NCBI GenBank assembly: GCA_963698635.1
Contig: CAVORS010000006.1
Span: 720,280 to 784,279 of the forward strand
DNA: 64,000 nucleotides
Direction: 5' to 3'
Source of the DNA: an uncultured beta proteobacterium
Lineage (GTDB): Bacteria; Pseudomonadota; Gammaproteobacteria; Burkholderiales; Burkholderiaceae_C
The notes under the pieces were generated by a model, which was not told the DNA's origin, did not search any database, and saw only the letters and a list, made by a program, of their open reading frames with translations. Both the position numbers and the translations under genes were made by a program. Within the stretch, counting starts at the first letter, position 1. Each line of letters begins with the position of its first letter. This document shows, piece by piece, positions 23,645-35,281 of the stretch.

Positions 23645-26600
23645 GCCACCGGGCGGCCATGTCGCCCGCGGCCCAGCGGGCCTTCAGCTCGGCCCAGCGG
23701 CTGCGCGCCGCGGCCAGGTTGCGCTCTTTCACATGGCCAAAGCCCTTGATCTGCTCGGGCACCCGGGCGATCTCCAGCGCCAGGGCATGGTTGTCGGCGT
23801 CCAGGTCGCCCAGCAAGGCTTCGATGGCTGTGCGGTACTCGCCGATCAGGGCGCGCTCGGTGCGGCGCTCTTCGGTGTGGCCAAACACGTCGAGCGCCGT
23901 GCCGCGCAGGCCCTTGAACTTCGCCAGCCAGCCAAACGCGGTGAACATGAACGGGCCGTACTTCTGCTTGATCAGCTCGCCCTTGGCGTTTTTCTTGGCC
24001 AGCAGCGGCGGCGCCAGGTGCACGCGCAGCTTGAAGTCGCCTTCAAACTGGCTCGCGATGCGCTCGTGAAACGCCTTGTCGGTGTGCAGGCGCGCCACTT
24101 CGTACTCGTCCTTGTAGGCCATGAGCTTGAACAGGTAGCGCGCCACCGCCATGGTCAGGTCCGACTTGCCCAGCGGCGCCTCGGCCTTGCGCACGCGCTC
24201 CACAAAGCGCTGGTACTCGGCCGCGTAGGCCGCGTTCTGGTAGTCGGTGAGGAACGCCACCCGGCGCTCGATCACCGTGGCCACCGTTTCGCGCGGCTTG
24301 AACTGGATCACCTGCGCGCCGCCGCCGTTCAGCAAGGCGGCAAAGGCCTGTGGGGTCGTGCGCGGCGCGGCGGCCCCACTCGAAGGCCGTCTTGTTGTTC
24401 GCCACCTGCACGCCGTTGAGCTCGATCGCCCGCATCAGCGACACAAAGCGCCAGCGGCACCCAGCCGCGCTGCCAGGCGTAGCCCAGCATCATGGGGTTG
24501 GTGTAGATGCTGTCGCCCATCAGCTTGGATGGCCGCGGTCTCGGCGTCGACCACGCCCACGCGCCTCGCCACCCAGGTTGCCCACCAGCGTGTCCACGCA
24601 GGCCTGGGCCGGGTTTTGCCAGTCGGCGTTGGTCACAAAGGCGGCCGTGGGCGTGGCGTTGGCGTTGAGCGCCACATGGCTGCGCCCGGCGCGCAGGCGC
24701 TGCCAGGTTTCCTTGTCGGCCGCCACGATCGGGTCGCAGCCGATCACCAGATCGGCCGAAGCCGAGCCCACGCGGGTGGTGCGGATGTCGTCCTGCGTGG
24801 CGCCGATCAGCACATGGCTCCAGGTGGCGCCGCCCTTTTGCGCCAGGCCCGCCGCGTCTTGCGTGACGATGCCCTTGCCTTCCATGTGCGCGGCCATGCC
24901 CAGCAGCTGGCCGATGGTGATGACGCCGGTGCCGCCCACGCCGGCCACGATCACGCCCCAGGCCTCGGCGCTCCAGCGCGCGGCAGCGCGGGCTCGGGCA
25001 GATCGCCGCCGGTCCAGACCGGCTGGTCGGTCGCCCTGGCCCTTCTTGCGCAGCTTGCCGCCGTCGACGGTGACGAAGCTCGGGCAGAAGCCCTTGACGC
25101 AGGAGAAGTCTTTGTTGCAGCTGCTCTGGTTGATGGTGCGCTTGCGGCCGAATTCGGTCTCCAGCGGCTCCACGCTCAGGCAGTTGGACTGCACGCCGCA
25201 GTCGCCACAGCCCTCGCACACCAGCTCGTTGATGATCACGCGCTCGGTCGGCTCGACCATGGTGCCGCGCTTGCGGCGGCGGCGCTTTTCGGTGGCGCAG
25301 GTCTGGTCGTAAATGATGACCGTGGTGCCCTTGATCTCGCGGAACTCGCGCTGCACCGCGTCCAGCGTGTCGCGGTGCTGGATGGCGATGCCGCTGGGCA
25401 GGCCGGTGACGCCGTCGTACTTCTCGGGCTCGTCGGTCACGATGATGATCTTCACCGCGCCCTCGGCGCGCATGCTCTGCGCGATCTGCACCACGCTGTG
25501 GCCCTCGGGCCGCTCGCCCACCTGCTGGCCACCGGTCATGGCCACGGCGTCGTTGTAGAGGATCTTGTAGGTGATGTTCACACCCGCGGCAATGCTCTGG
25601 CGGATCGCCAGAATGCCGCTGTGGAAGTAGGTGCCGTCGCCCAGGTTGGCGAACATGTGCTGTTCGTTGCTGAACGGCTGCTGGCCCATCCACGGCACGC
25701 CCTCGCCGCCCATCTGCGTGAAGCCCACGGTGGCGCGGTCCATCCAGATCGTCATGAAATGGCAGCCGATGCCGGCCATGGCGCGCGAGCCTTCGGGCAC
25801 CTTGGTGCGAGGTGTTGTGCGGGCAGCCCGAGCAAAACCAGGGCTGGCGCTCGGCGCCGTGCACGCCCTTGGTCAGCAGCGTCTGCATGGACTGCTCTTG
25901 CGCCGTCAGGATGGCCAGCTGCGCGTCGATGCGCGCCTGCACGTCTTCGGGCACACCCAGCTTGCGCAGGCGCTTGGCGATGGCGCGGGCGATGATGGCC
26001 GGGTTCAGATCGGCGTTGGCGCGCAGCAGGTGGTGGGCGCTGGGGTTGGGCATGCTCCATTCGCCGCCGGTGAAGTCGCCTTCGACTTCGTCGAACTTGC
26101 CCAGCACGTTGGGGCGCACATCGCCGCGCCAGTTGTACAGCTCTTCCTTGAGCTGGTATTCGATGACCTGGCGCTTTTCTTCCACCACCAGAATCTCGCG
26201 CAGCCCGGTGGCGAATTCGCGCGTGGTCTGCGCCTCCAGCGGCCACACCACGTCGACCTTGTGCAGGCGCAGGCCGATGCGCTGGCAGGTGGCGTCGTCC
26301 AGGCCCAGGTCGAGCAGCGCCTGGCGCGTGTCGTTGTAGGCCTTGCCGCTGGCGATCACGCCAAAGCGGTCGTTCGGCCCGGCGATCACGTTGTGGTTGA
26401 GCTTGTTGGCGCGGATGTAGGCCAGCGCGGCGTACCACTTGTAGTCAAACAGGCGCGCTTCCTGCTCCAGCGCGTGGTCGGGCCAGCGGATGTGCACGCC
26501 GCCGGGCGGCATGTCGAAGTCGGGGATCACGATCTGCACCCGCTCCGGGTCGATCATCGGCCGTGGCGCTCGATTCCACGATCTCCTGGATCGTCTTCAT

Positions 26601-27230
26601 GCCCGCCCAGACGCCGCTGAAACGGCTCATGGCGATGGCGTGAATGCCCAGGTCCAGAATGTCCTGCACCGTGGACGGGAAAAACACCGGCAGGCCGCAG
26701 GCCTTGAAGATGTGGTCGCTCTGGTGGGCCGCGGTGGAGCTCTTGGAAATGTGGTCGTCGCCGGCCACCGCGATCACGCCGCCCCAGGGCGTGGTGCCGG
26801 CCATGTTGGCGTGTTTGAACACGTCGGAGCAGCGGTCCACGCCCGGGCCCTTGCCGTACCAGATGCCGAACACGCCATCAAACTTGTTGCTGCCCTCGGG
26901 CGCAAAACCCAGCTGCTGCGTGCCCCACAGCGCCGTGGCCGCCAGCTCTTCGTTCACGCCGGGCTGGAACACGATGTTCTGCGCCTTCAGGTACGGCTCG
27001 GCCTTTTGCAGCGCCTGGTCGTAGCCGCCCAGCGGCGAGCCCCGGTAGCCGCTGATGAAGCCCGCCGTGTTCTTGCCCTGCAAGGCGTCGCGCTGGCGCT
27101 GCAGCATCGGCAGCTTCACCAGCGCCTGCACCCCGCTCATGAAAGCCCGACCGTGGTCAAGCGCGTATTTGTCGTCCAGCGTCACCGTTTCCAGGGCGCG
27201 GCGGATGTGTTCGGGCAGGGGGGCGTTCAT
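23620..27230 (-). CDS. Indolepyruvate ferredoxin oxidoreductase family protein (fused; frameshifted)
   Basis: TLDDKY, GYRGSPLGG, GVNEELAATA, FCSGCPHNTS, NLGDGTYFHSG, CEGCGDCG, GVGGTGV, AYKDEYEVARL. Confidence 0.93.
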
Positions 27231-27409
27231 GGTGATGTCTCCAAGGTCGTGGGCCGCCTTGTGGGCGGCTGCTCTTTTGACGCGACCACGGACAGTGTCT
27301 GCCATTCAGTGTGCCGCACAGTGTATGACCCGGCCGCTGACAGGTGTTTGCTTTTCATGCCCATTTAAGCGCCCATCAACGCAAGATTCTTTCTAGAATC
27401 AGGCACACC

Positions 27410-27907
27410 ATGGAAACACTCGACAAGTTTGACCTCGCCATCCTGAACGAACTGCAGCAAAACGGCCGCCTGACCAACGCCGAACTTGCGCAGCGCGTGG
27501 GCCTGTCGGCCGCGCCTTGCTGGCGCCGCGTGCGGGCGCTGGAAGAAGCGGGCTTCATCCGCGGCTACCGCGCCGAGATCGACCGCCACAAGATCGGCCT
27601 CGATGTGCTGGCCTTCGTGCGGCTCGATGCGGCGCAAAACTCGGGCGAGCTGCTGGGCAAGCTGGAAGAGGCCATCCGCCGCCTGCCCGAAGTCACCAGT
27701 TGCCACTACATCAGCGGCACCGGCACCTTCGAGCTGCAGGTGGTCAGCCGCGACCTCAACACCTTCAGCCAGTTCGCCCGCGATGTGCTGATCAACCTGC
27801 CCAACGTGAAAGACCTGCACACCAGCTTTTCGCTGGGCGAGGTGAAAGCGGCGGGGGCTTTGCCGTTGCCCAAAGCACTACCGACGGCAGGTGCGCGCAA
27901 AACTTGA
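27410..27907 (+). CDS. Lrp/AsnC family transcriptional regulator
   Basis: LDKFDLAILNELQQNGRLTNAELAQRVGLSAAPCWRRVRALE; divergent from the oxidoreductase. Confidence 0.95.
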   Translation: METLDKFDLAILNELQQNGRLTNAELAQRVGLSAAPCWRRVRALEEAGFIRGYRAEIDRHKIGLDVLAFVRLDAAQNSGELLGKLEEAIRRLPEVTSCHYISGTGTFELQVVSRDLNTFSQFARDVLINLPNVKDLHTSFSLGEVKAAGALPLPKALPTAGARKT

Positions 27908-28109
27908 GCGCTTTCGCAACCGCCTGTCTCTAAAGTTCTACCGTTGGCTCAAATACTCGCATCAAGATATTGATTCGATGAGGTTTTTAACAGGCGACTT
28001 GGCTGATCTCGATAGACTAGCGTGAGAAATGCAGGGTTTTTGGCCTTGATTTTTTCGACCTAAGTTTTCTTTTCATGCGCTACACCGCTTCCCCTGCCAC
28101 CCTCCACAG

Positions 28110-30357
28110 GTGCAACCCCTGATGGACGGCGCGCGGGTGTTGGCGTTGATGCTGTGCTGGCCAGCTTTCGCCTGGGCGCAGTCGCTGCCCATCGACAAGC
28201 AAGCTCCTCAGCCAATGGCGCCAAACCGCCCCGGCATGGTGAGTGCGCAAACCACCGTTGCACAGGTGCAATCCCTTGACCGCTTCGAAGCCGAGCAGGA
28301 AAGGCTTCGCGAGCGCCTGAAAGACCAACCGGCTGGCTACGAAGACAAATTTTTCAGCAACGAAGCCCTTCAGGTCATTGACGCCGAAGCCGTGGCAGTC
28401 GAAGCGCAGCCCCCTGGCGCGCGCTCCGTGGTGGTCGAAAGCCGGCTGGAATCCAACCGGCAGAGCGTTGCCTCGCAGCCGGGCCTGAGCGAGACCGGTT
28501 TGGGCCTGCGCGTGGAATACCGCCACGAAACCATGAACCACGGCGAGTGGATTTTGCAAGCCGATGCCCGCCAGCGAACGTCTCAGGGCAACGACTTCGG
28601 CACCTTGAGCGCCTACGGACTCTCCACCGATGCCAAAAACGGCCAGCGCGTCACCCTGCGCAACCTGAGCTTTCCCGTCACGCCTTTTGTTCTGGCAGAC
28701 AGCAACCTGGGTGATATCTCCTCCGAAGTCACCGATGGCCTGACCCGGGGGCAGCAGTTTTCCCTGGGCAACAGCATCGTGCGCGGAGCCAGCGCACACG
28801 CGTTTTCGCGCGAGTTCGACCTGCGGGCGGGCGTGGGGTCGCGCGGCCAGATGGCGGGCGGCCCTTATCCGGGCTACGAAGAAACCCAGGGTGAGACGGC
28901 CTGGCTGGGCTACACGCGGCGGTTCGACGAAAAGCGCTACGCCGCCGTGCAAGTCAACCACGCCAATGGCGCACCCGCGTTGTTCACGTCCTCCGGCAAC
29001 ACCGAAGTCGATGCCGAAAACACCACCAGCGTGGCGGCCGCGCTGGGCTATGGATACACGCTCGACAACGACGGCGACAAACGCATTCGCTTGACGCTGA
29101 TGCACAGCCAGACCCAGCCCAACGGCAACAGCCCTTCGCGCAGCGCCAATGGCACCTACCTCGATGGCGGGCTGCGCATCGCCCGCTACCGCCACGAAGC
29201 CGGCCTGTATGCCGCATCGCCTGCCTTGCAGTTCGGCGACCAATGGGTGGCCGATGGCAACCGTGGTCTTTATTGGCGCGTCTACCGCGATGGTCTCCGG
29301 GTGAACTGGGGCATGGGCGCCAGCCACGATCGCCAGAAATCGCTGAATGCCGCCTTGTCTGGCGTGTGGACCAACACCGGCCTGAACGGCTACTGGGTCC
29401 ACCGCCTGACCCGCCGAAGCTCCTGGGGCGGCAACCTTCAATACACGCTTCAGCAGCGGCAAGATGACGACGCCGGCCAGCGCAGCACGTTTGGCAGCCT
29501 CTATTACCAGGACCGCTGGGGCAGATAGCCTGGGCGACAGCCGTTTCCGCTGGACCACCCGCCGCAACCAGGCGCTGGTCAGCAATGGTCCGAATGCGAC
29601 TGGCGACGAGCTCGAATGGGAGCAGGACTGGTGGCAATCGCAAGAAGCGGGCTCCCAGAACCCCACCCTGAAGACCACCCTTGGCTGGGCACAAGACCGC
29701 AGCGAGGGCGACGTTCAAACCTACCCCACCGCAGGCGTCACCTGGCAAACCTGGCTGGCCAACAACTGGGGCCTCAACGCGGCCCTGCGCTACACCTCGC
29801 GCACCGGCAACCTGTCAACCAGCCGCGGCCTGTCCGGCTCCCTGCAAACCGAAACGAGCTTTGCCCGCAACTGGACACTCGGCGCCTCCCTGCTCATGAA
29901 CCAGGCCGTGCTCAACACCAACAGCGCCGTTGCTGGCACGAATGGCCTGCCCCTGAGCGTGGCCCGCAGCGACGACAAATCGCTGTGGCTCTTCGTGCGC
30001 TTTGAAGAGCAATCGGGTCAGCCCTATGGCTTCAACCTGCGTGGCGAACAAGGTGCAGGCAGCGGCCGCATCGCTGGCACCGTCTTCCTGGATGCCAACC
30101 GCGACGGCGCGCAACAAGCCGATGAGCCGGGCGTGGCCGGCGTCGAGGTGTTCCTCAACCAGCGCCAGCGCACCACCACCGACGGCCAGGGCCGCTACGA
30201 GTTCAACACCGTGCCCACCGGGATGCAATTCATTTCGCTGCGCCCCGAATCCGTGCCGCTGCCTTGGGGCGAAGGCCCCCGCAGCCGCACCACCGTCGAG
30301 GTACCCCTGCGCAGCACCGCACGCGCCGAGCTGGCGGTGGTCAAGGTCAGCGAGTGA
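28110..30357 (+). CDS. Putative outer-membrane usher-like beta-barrel protein with C-terminal SdrD-B/Cna-B-like domain (frameshift near 29520)
   Basis: Signal peptide (...PAFAWA|QSLP); many amphipathic strands with aromatic residues; C-term GRIAGTVFLDANRDG...EPGVAGVEVFL...TTDGQGRYEF; ~750 aa when joined. Confidence 0.65.
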
Positions 30358-30565
30358 ACCCCATGAACCAAACCCTTCGCACCCGAGTCAACCAGGGCAC
30401 CGCCTATGTATTCGCAGGGCTGAGCCCCACCCAACCCAAACCGTTGGATCTGTGCGCCTCAGCACCGCCAGAACACCAACCCCCCATTTGTGCTGCCCGA
30501 GATCGATGCTTCTTTCTCAACTTCAGAAATACCTGATTCAAACCGATACCCAAAGGACTTCCACC

Positions 30566-31211
30566 ATGAAACGCTCGTCTCATCAAATCCCCCGCCAAGT
30601 ACCTCGTTCCCGCTTGCGCCGCGCTGGCCATGCTGAGCCCAGGCGCCCAGGCAGAAAGCACCTATGGCTATAACGCTTCGGGCGCAGCTGGCGCCACGGC
30701 CAGGGCCAGGGTCAACCTCGAAATTCGGGTTCCAATGCTGATTTTGCTGCGCGTTGGCACTTCGGGCGCCGCTATTGACAGCGTCACCATCACGGCAGCG
30801 CCCAACGGTATTCCGGGTGGCATCGCAGCTGCTGCGCTGGCCAATGGCAGCAACCTGGCAACCGGCTGGAACGGCACGGCACCTGTCATGACGAGCACAT
30901 CCTCGCCCGCCAACGTCACGGCCTATGCTTGGACCAACTCACGAAATGGTGGCAGTGTCACCGGTGCAATTACCACCGCCTTCACCACCGGTGGCCTCAC
31001 TGGCGCCAGCATCGCTGTCGCGAGTGCCTCACCTGTCAACGGCGGCTTGGCCCACCCTGGCACCAACCTTGGCACGTTCACCCCACAAGCCTTCCCGGCC
31101 AACTCACTGCGTTCGTCCACATGGGCTTATAGCTTGACCACCGCAGCATTGGCCTCCGTTACGGCCGGCACCCACTCCGCTACTGTCACATACACGGCCA
31201 CTTCGCTGTAA
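30566..31211 (+). CDS. Secreted Ala/Gly/Thr-rich pilin-like subunit (probable major subunit; frameshift in signal peptide)
   Basis: AAAGGA RBS; signal ...PGAQA|ES; ARVNLEIRVP..ILLRVGT; C-term WAY...AGTHSATVTYTATSL. Confidence 0.65.
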
Positions 31212-31288
31212 TCTGTCGTTGATGAGTGCGCCCTTTGGTTTACCTCGAGCGCACTCATATACCTCAAAAAACCTTTCGACCAACGCGC

Positions 31289-32149
31289 ATGTTCAAACCC
31301 GCCCAGCCCTTCAAAACCCAGCTCCAAACCCGATGGGGTCGCGGGGCGGGAGGGTGGCTGGTCGGTGCTGCGGCATGTACCGTGTTTGCCACGGCGGCTA
31401 TGGCTGCTCCATTTGAGGTGGCCGTCTCGCCTACCCGGCTGACGGTCACGGGCGACGCCGGCCAACGCATTGGCCAATCGCTGAAAATCTACAACCTCGG
31501 GCAACGTGCCCACGGCCCTGTCTTTCCGCACCCTCGACTGGTCACTGTCTGAGACCGGCGAGCTCAAATTCCACGACGAACTGCTGCCCGGCAGCTGCCG
31601 CCCCTGGGTTTCACTCGAGCGGCGCACCAGCCAGCTGGTCGCCCGTAGCGATGCGTCGTTCCGCTTTCAAGTTGATGTGCCGGCCGGAACGCCGCGCGGC
31701 GAATGCCGCTTCATGATCGCCGTTGAAGGCGTTGACCCCGCGCAGCAAGCCCTGATCAACAGCGGCGGCGCCAGCCTCAACCTGCCCGTGAGCGGGCGTA
31801 TCGCGGTGGCGGTGTACGTCGCCATTGGCGGCGCCAAGCCCCAGCTCGAGATCCAGCAGATCGGCACCGACTCGCTGAAAAAAGAGCGCAAACCAGTGGT
31901 CCGCATCACCAACACCGGCGACGCCCATGGCCGGCTGGATGGCGTGCTGGAAGCCACCAACGCGATGGAAAAACGTTTGAACTCGTGCCCGAGGGTGGCC
32001 CTGTTTTACCTGGCCAGACCCGCATGCTCACGCTCAACGCCCGATCTTTCGGCAAGGAAGCGCCCCCCCAATTGTTGTACCCCATGAAGGTCGAAGGCAC
32101 GCTCGACTGGGATCAAGGCGCCTTCAAGGTGAAGGCCACGCTGCCATGA
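31289..32149 (+). CDS. PapD-like periplasmic pilus chaperone (frameshifted)
   Basis: Signal ...AAMA|APFEVAVSPTRL; IYNLG; SGRIAVAVYV; ITNTGDAHGR; PVLPGQTR. Confidence 0.7.
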
Positions 32150-32846
32150 ACCGCTTGTCCGCGTCCCGTTTTCGGGCCACGCGCCGCCTTCAAGCCAGGG
32201 CCGGCCTGGCCGCTCGGCTTCGTGGGTGGAACCCTTGCCCTGACCGCCGTTCTCTTGCTGGGCACACCCCAGCCTGCCCAGGCCTCCATCACGCTCGACG
32301 CCCACGACGCCCTCACCAGCGGCCTGTTCAATTACACCCGCCGCCTCACGATGCGCGTGGGCATTGCCCGCTTCGGCACCATCAGCAACGTCACGTTTGA
32401 CGTCACCGGCGCCAATGTATCCCCGTCGCCCACAGCCGTTATCGGCGAACCCAGCGAAGGTGCGGCGCCGGGCAGTGCGCCCGCCAACAGCGTTCGCATC
32501 AGCGTTTCCAACCGCTGGACCTACTTCGCCGGACAGCGCGTGATCGTCACGGCCGACTCGTCAGCGGGCCTGGCCTGCAGCTCTGGCCCCTGTGGTTCCA
32601 CCGTCATTCCTTTCAGCAAGATCAGCTGGACCTCATCCAGCCTGGCCACCGGCACCTACGCCGGGCAAGATTTCGGCAGCGGCAGCTTCAGCGGCGGCAC
32701 CAACCAGTCGCTGATCGACTTCACCGCCCCCGCCCGAGCGCAGTTTCAACATCGTCAACGACTGGGTGTTCAGCTACAGCAACGACACGCTTTACCCCGC
32801 CGGGGTCTACAGAGGGCGGGTGACGTTCACCGCCACCATGCCATGA
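32146..32846 (+). CDS. Secreted pilin-like minor subunit (frameshifted)
   Basis: Signal ...PQPAQA|S; LTMRVG; C-x4-C; IPFSKISW; C-term WVFSYSNDTLYPAGVYRGRVTFTATMP. Confidence 0.6.
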
Positions 32847-33382
32847 CATCGCGTTCGACTCCCCTGGTCTCAACGCCTGCAGCCCATGGCCATGGCGCTG
32901 TTGCAGCCCTGTTGCTGACGCCTCTGCCGCTTTCGTTGCCCAGCGCCCAGACCTTCAAGCTTGACGACTCCACCTCGCCGCGCTCAAGGGTCGTGCCGCG
33001 ATTCATCGTCGATGAGGCAGGGCAACACCTGGGGCCGCGCCATCGAGGCCGACCACGCGGTGTTGCGTTTCGGGCAAGTGGTCTACCGGCTCGACATGCG
33101 CCCCCACCTGGGGCAGCGCGCCCGCGTCTACTTTGTGCGGGAGCTGCAGATCGGCGCCGCCCCACGGCACTCGCCTGAACTGGAAAACCGCCGATGGCCA
33201 CTCAAGCGGCTCGCTGCTGAGCGGCGAACGCGCGCTGCGTCTGGTCGGGCAAAGTGAGTCAGCCATGGATGAATCTGGGGCTTCTGCTGGAACTTGACTT
33301 CGATCTCCACCGATGGGCCCCCGAGGCCAGCGCAGCGGATGCGACGCAGTCCACCTATTTCGAACTGGAGCTGGAACGATGA
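32843..33382 (+). CDS. Exported hypothetical protein, translationally coupled within the pilus-like operon (frameshifted)
   Basis: ATGA overlaps at both ends; signal-like N-term then QTFKLDDSTS; ends ...TYFELELER. Confidence 0.5.
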
Positions 33383-34121
33383 GCCTTCCCTTCCAACGGC
33401 GCACTGTCGGCTCATCATCGGCACTCCAGTCGCGTGCCTCTGGCCCTGCCTGCTCGCGCCTCTCGGCAGGCCCGCCCTGGCCGAGCTCACGACAGTCGAT
33501 GAAACCTTCACGTCGTTCTTTGGCTTTCCGGCACCATCCCCTCGATCACCGCTCGCTGCCCGCCTCGACTTCACGCTCAACATCGAAAAGATGATCTTCC
33601 TGCGCGTGGGCACTGGCGGGAGCCACAGCGGCGGTATTTCCGGCGCGGGCCCTGCGGCCAACGCCGCGGTCACCACGGTCGCCCTTGATCTGACGCCCAG
33701 CATCCCCGCTGGCGCCACCACGCCTCTGGCGGGGAACAACCAGGGCGTGAGCTGGAACGCCGGTTTGCCCACTTTCCTGACCGCGACGCCAGTGGTGGTT
33801 CCGGTCGAAGTGCGCAGCAACGCCGGGCAGGTCAACATCACCGGGGAAGTCACAGCGCCGCTGACCAGCGGCGGCAACACCATCCCCATGTCGAGCGTCG
33901 TCATCAGCTCCAGCGACGCTGGCAACCTGCCCGCCCCTGTGTTGCCCGACGCTGGCACCGGCGCCCCGGTCAACGTGGCCACCGGCGGCTCGGGCACGGC
34001 CGCCGCCCCCACCCTGCTGACCTACCGCACCGCCGAGTGGTCGTTCGGCTTCACACCCACCGCCTCGCTGTCACCCGGCAGCTACAGCGGCAGCGTCACC
34101 TTCACCGCCACCTCCCTCTAC
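33379..34121 (+). CDS. Secreted pilin-like subunit, paralog of 30566-31211 (called ORF runs to 34304, true stop probably after TATSL)
   Basis: Signal ...RPALA|E; ARLDFTLNIEKMIFLRVGT; IPMSSV; WSFGF...PGSYSGSVTFTATSL. Confidence 0.6.
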
Positions 34122-34346
34122 AAACAAGTGCGGCACCGCCCGCCCGCGCAGCCGATCGACCCGCATCATGCGGCTCAGTGGCAAGCATCGGCCAAGCCGC
34201 CCCTTGCCAGGCGCCTGGCAAGCCAAGGCGCCGCCCATGGCGCTCGCGAAGGGCGGCCCCCGTTGAGGCCAGCAGCAACCACGCCAACGGCAGCGGGCCC
34301 TTAAAAGCCTCTCAAGCAAGCGCAGAACTGGCCGATACAGGCTGGT

Positions 34347-34823
34347 ATGAACACCCTGCTCACCCGCCAAACCTGTGCGACGCTGGCGACCGCACTTTCT
34401 TTGCTCACCCCCGGCATTGGCAGCGCGAGCAGCAGCATGGGGTTCAACGGGCAAAGCACCAGTGCCTCAGTGACCATCAACATCACGGTGCTCCCCACGG
34501 TACGCGTTCTGGGCGACTCACACCCACAACAGCTGACCGCCACACAAGGCCGCCCCATCGAAGCGCTGCAACAGCTGACCATCAGCACCAACGTTGCGCG
34601 CGGTTTCTGCCTTCAATTGCATGCCGCCCAGGTTTCTGAAGAAGGCTGGCGGCTTCAGCAGCTCGACGGCGACAGCGTTTCCATTGCCCCATCGCAAGGC
34701 GGCTACCGCGTGTGCGGTGGCCACAACGGAACCTACAAGCTTGTCTTGAAACACGAGTTTTCTTCCCAGGGCAGCAACCTCAGCATGGCCTGGCCCGTGC
34801 GCACGGAGCTTCACACCATCTGA
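34347..34823 (+). CDS. Exported hypothetical protein, possible minor subunit
   Basis: Signal-like N-term; SASVTINITVLP alternating strand; two Cys; ends WPVRTELHTI. Confidence 0.55.
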   Translation: MNTLLTRQTCATLATALSLLTPGIGSASSSMGFNGQSTSASVTINITVLPTVRVLGDSHPQQLTATQGRPIEALQQLTISTNVARGFCLQLHAAQVSEEGWRLQQLDGDSVSIAPSQGGYRVCGGHNGTYKLVLKHEFSSQGSNLSMAWPVRTELHTI

Positions 34824-35281
34824 GCCAAGCGTCCGAAGGCTCCGGTGCGGCCAAGTGGACAACCGTCGACACCGTTTCACCCGTCGGTTTGGTCAGACTT
34901 ATCGCGTCCTTGAAAACCTGTGCGCCGCCCACGGGTCCACTAATGGTGATTTCTAACCCCAACCAACCTGGCCACTGGTCAACTTCGGCGTGTATTGGTA
35001 GATGAAAGGTGTCTTGTTGGCCCTCTCCAACTGGTGTAAGCTGGACCAGAGAGTTTCGGAGAAAAGTGTCACTTATTGCCTGATGACAGAGTCCGGCAGT
35101 TTCCGATGTTTGCGAGCCAAGTGGGCGCAGGGATACAAGCTACCAACGGCGACTGGGCGCGTGATTTGACTGGGCGATCTGGTTGCGACCGTCGCGTGGT
35201 CCTCAAGCAAGAGGGACGCGGTTTAACCTATCTGCGCCGCCACTCCACCTCAACCGATTCAAGGCCAGCTTCGCAACCCAC

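Noticed and set aside
34122-34304. C-terminal extension of the third pilin-like subunit
   Set aside because: The paralog ends at TATSL-stop; CTC-TACAAA is probably CTC-TAA with an inserted base, and the extension is low-complexity.
35060-35190. TGTCA-N12-TGACA palindrome and a weak GG-N10-GC sigma54-like site upstream of manC
   Set aside because: The -24 element is a poor match (GGGCGA rather than TGGCAC); not enough support.
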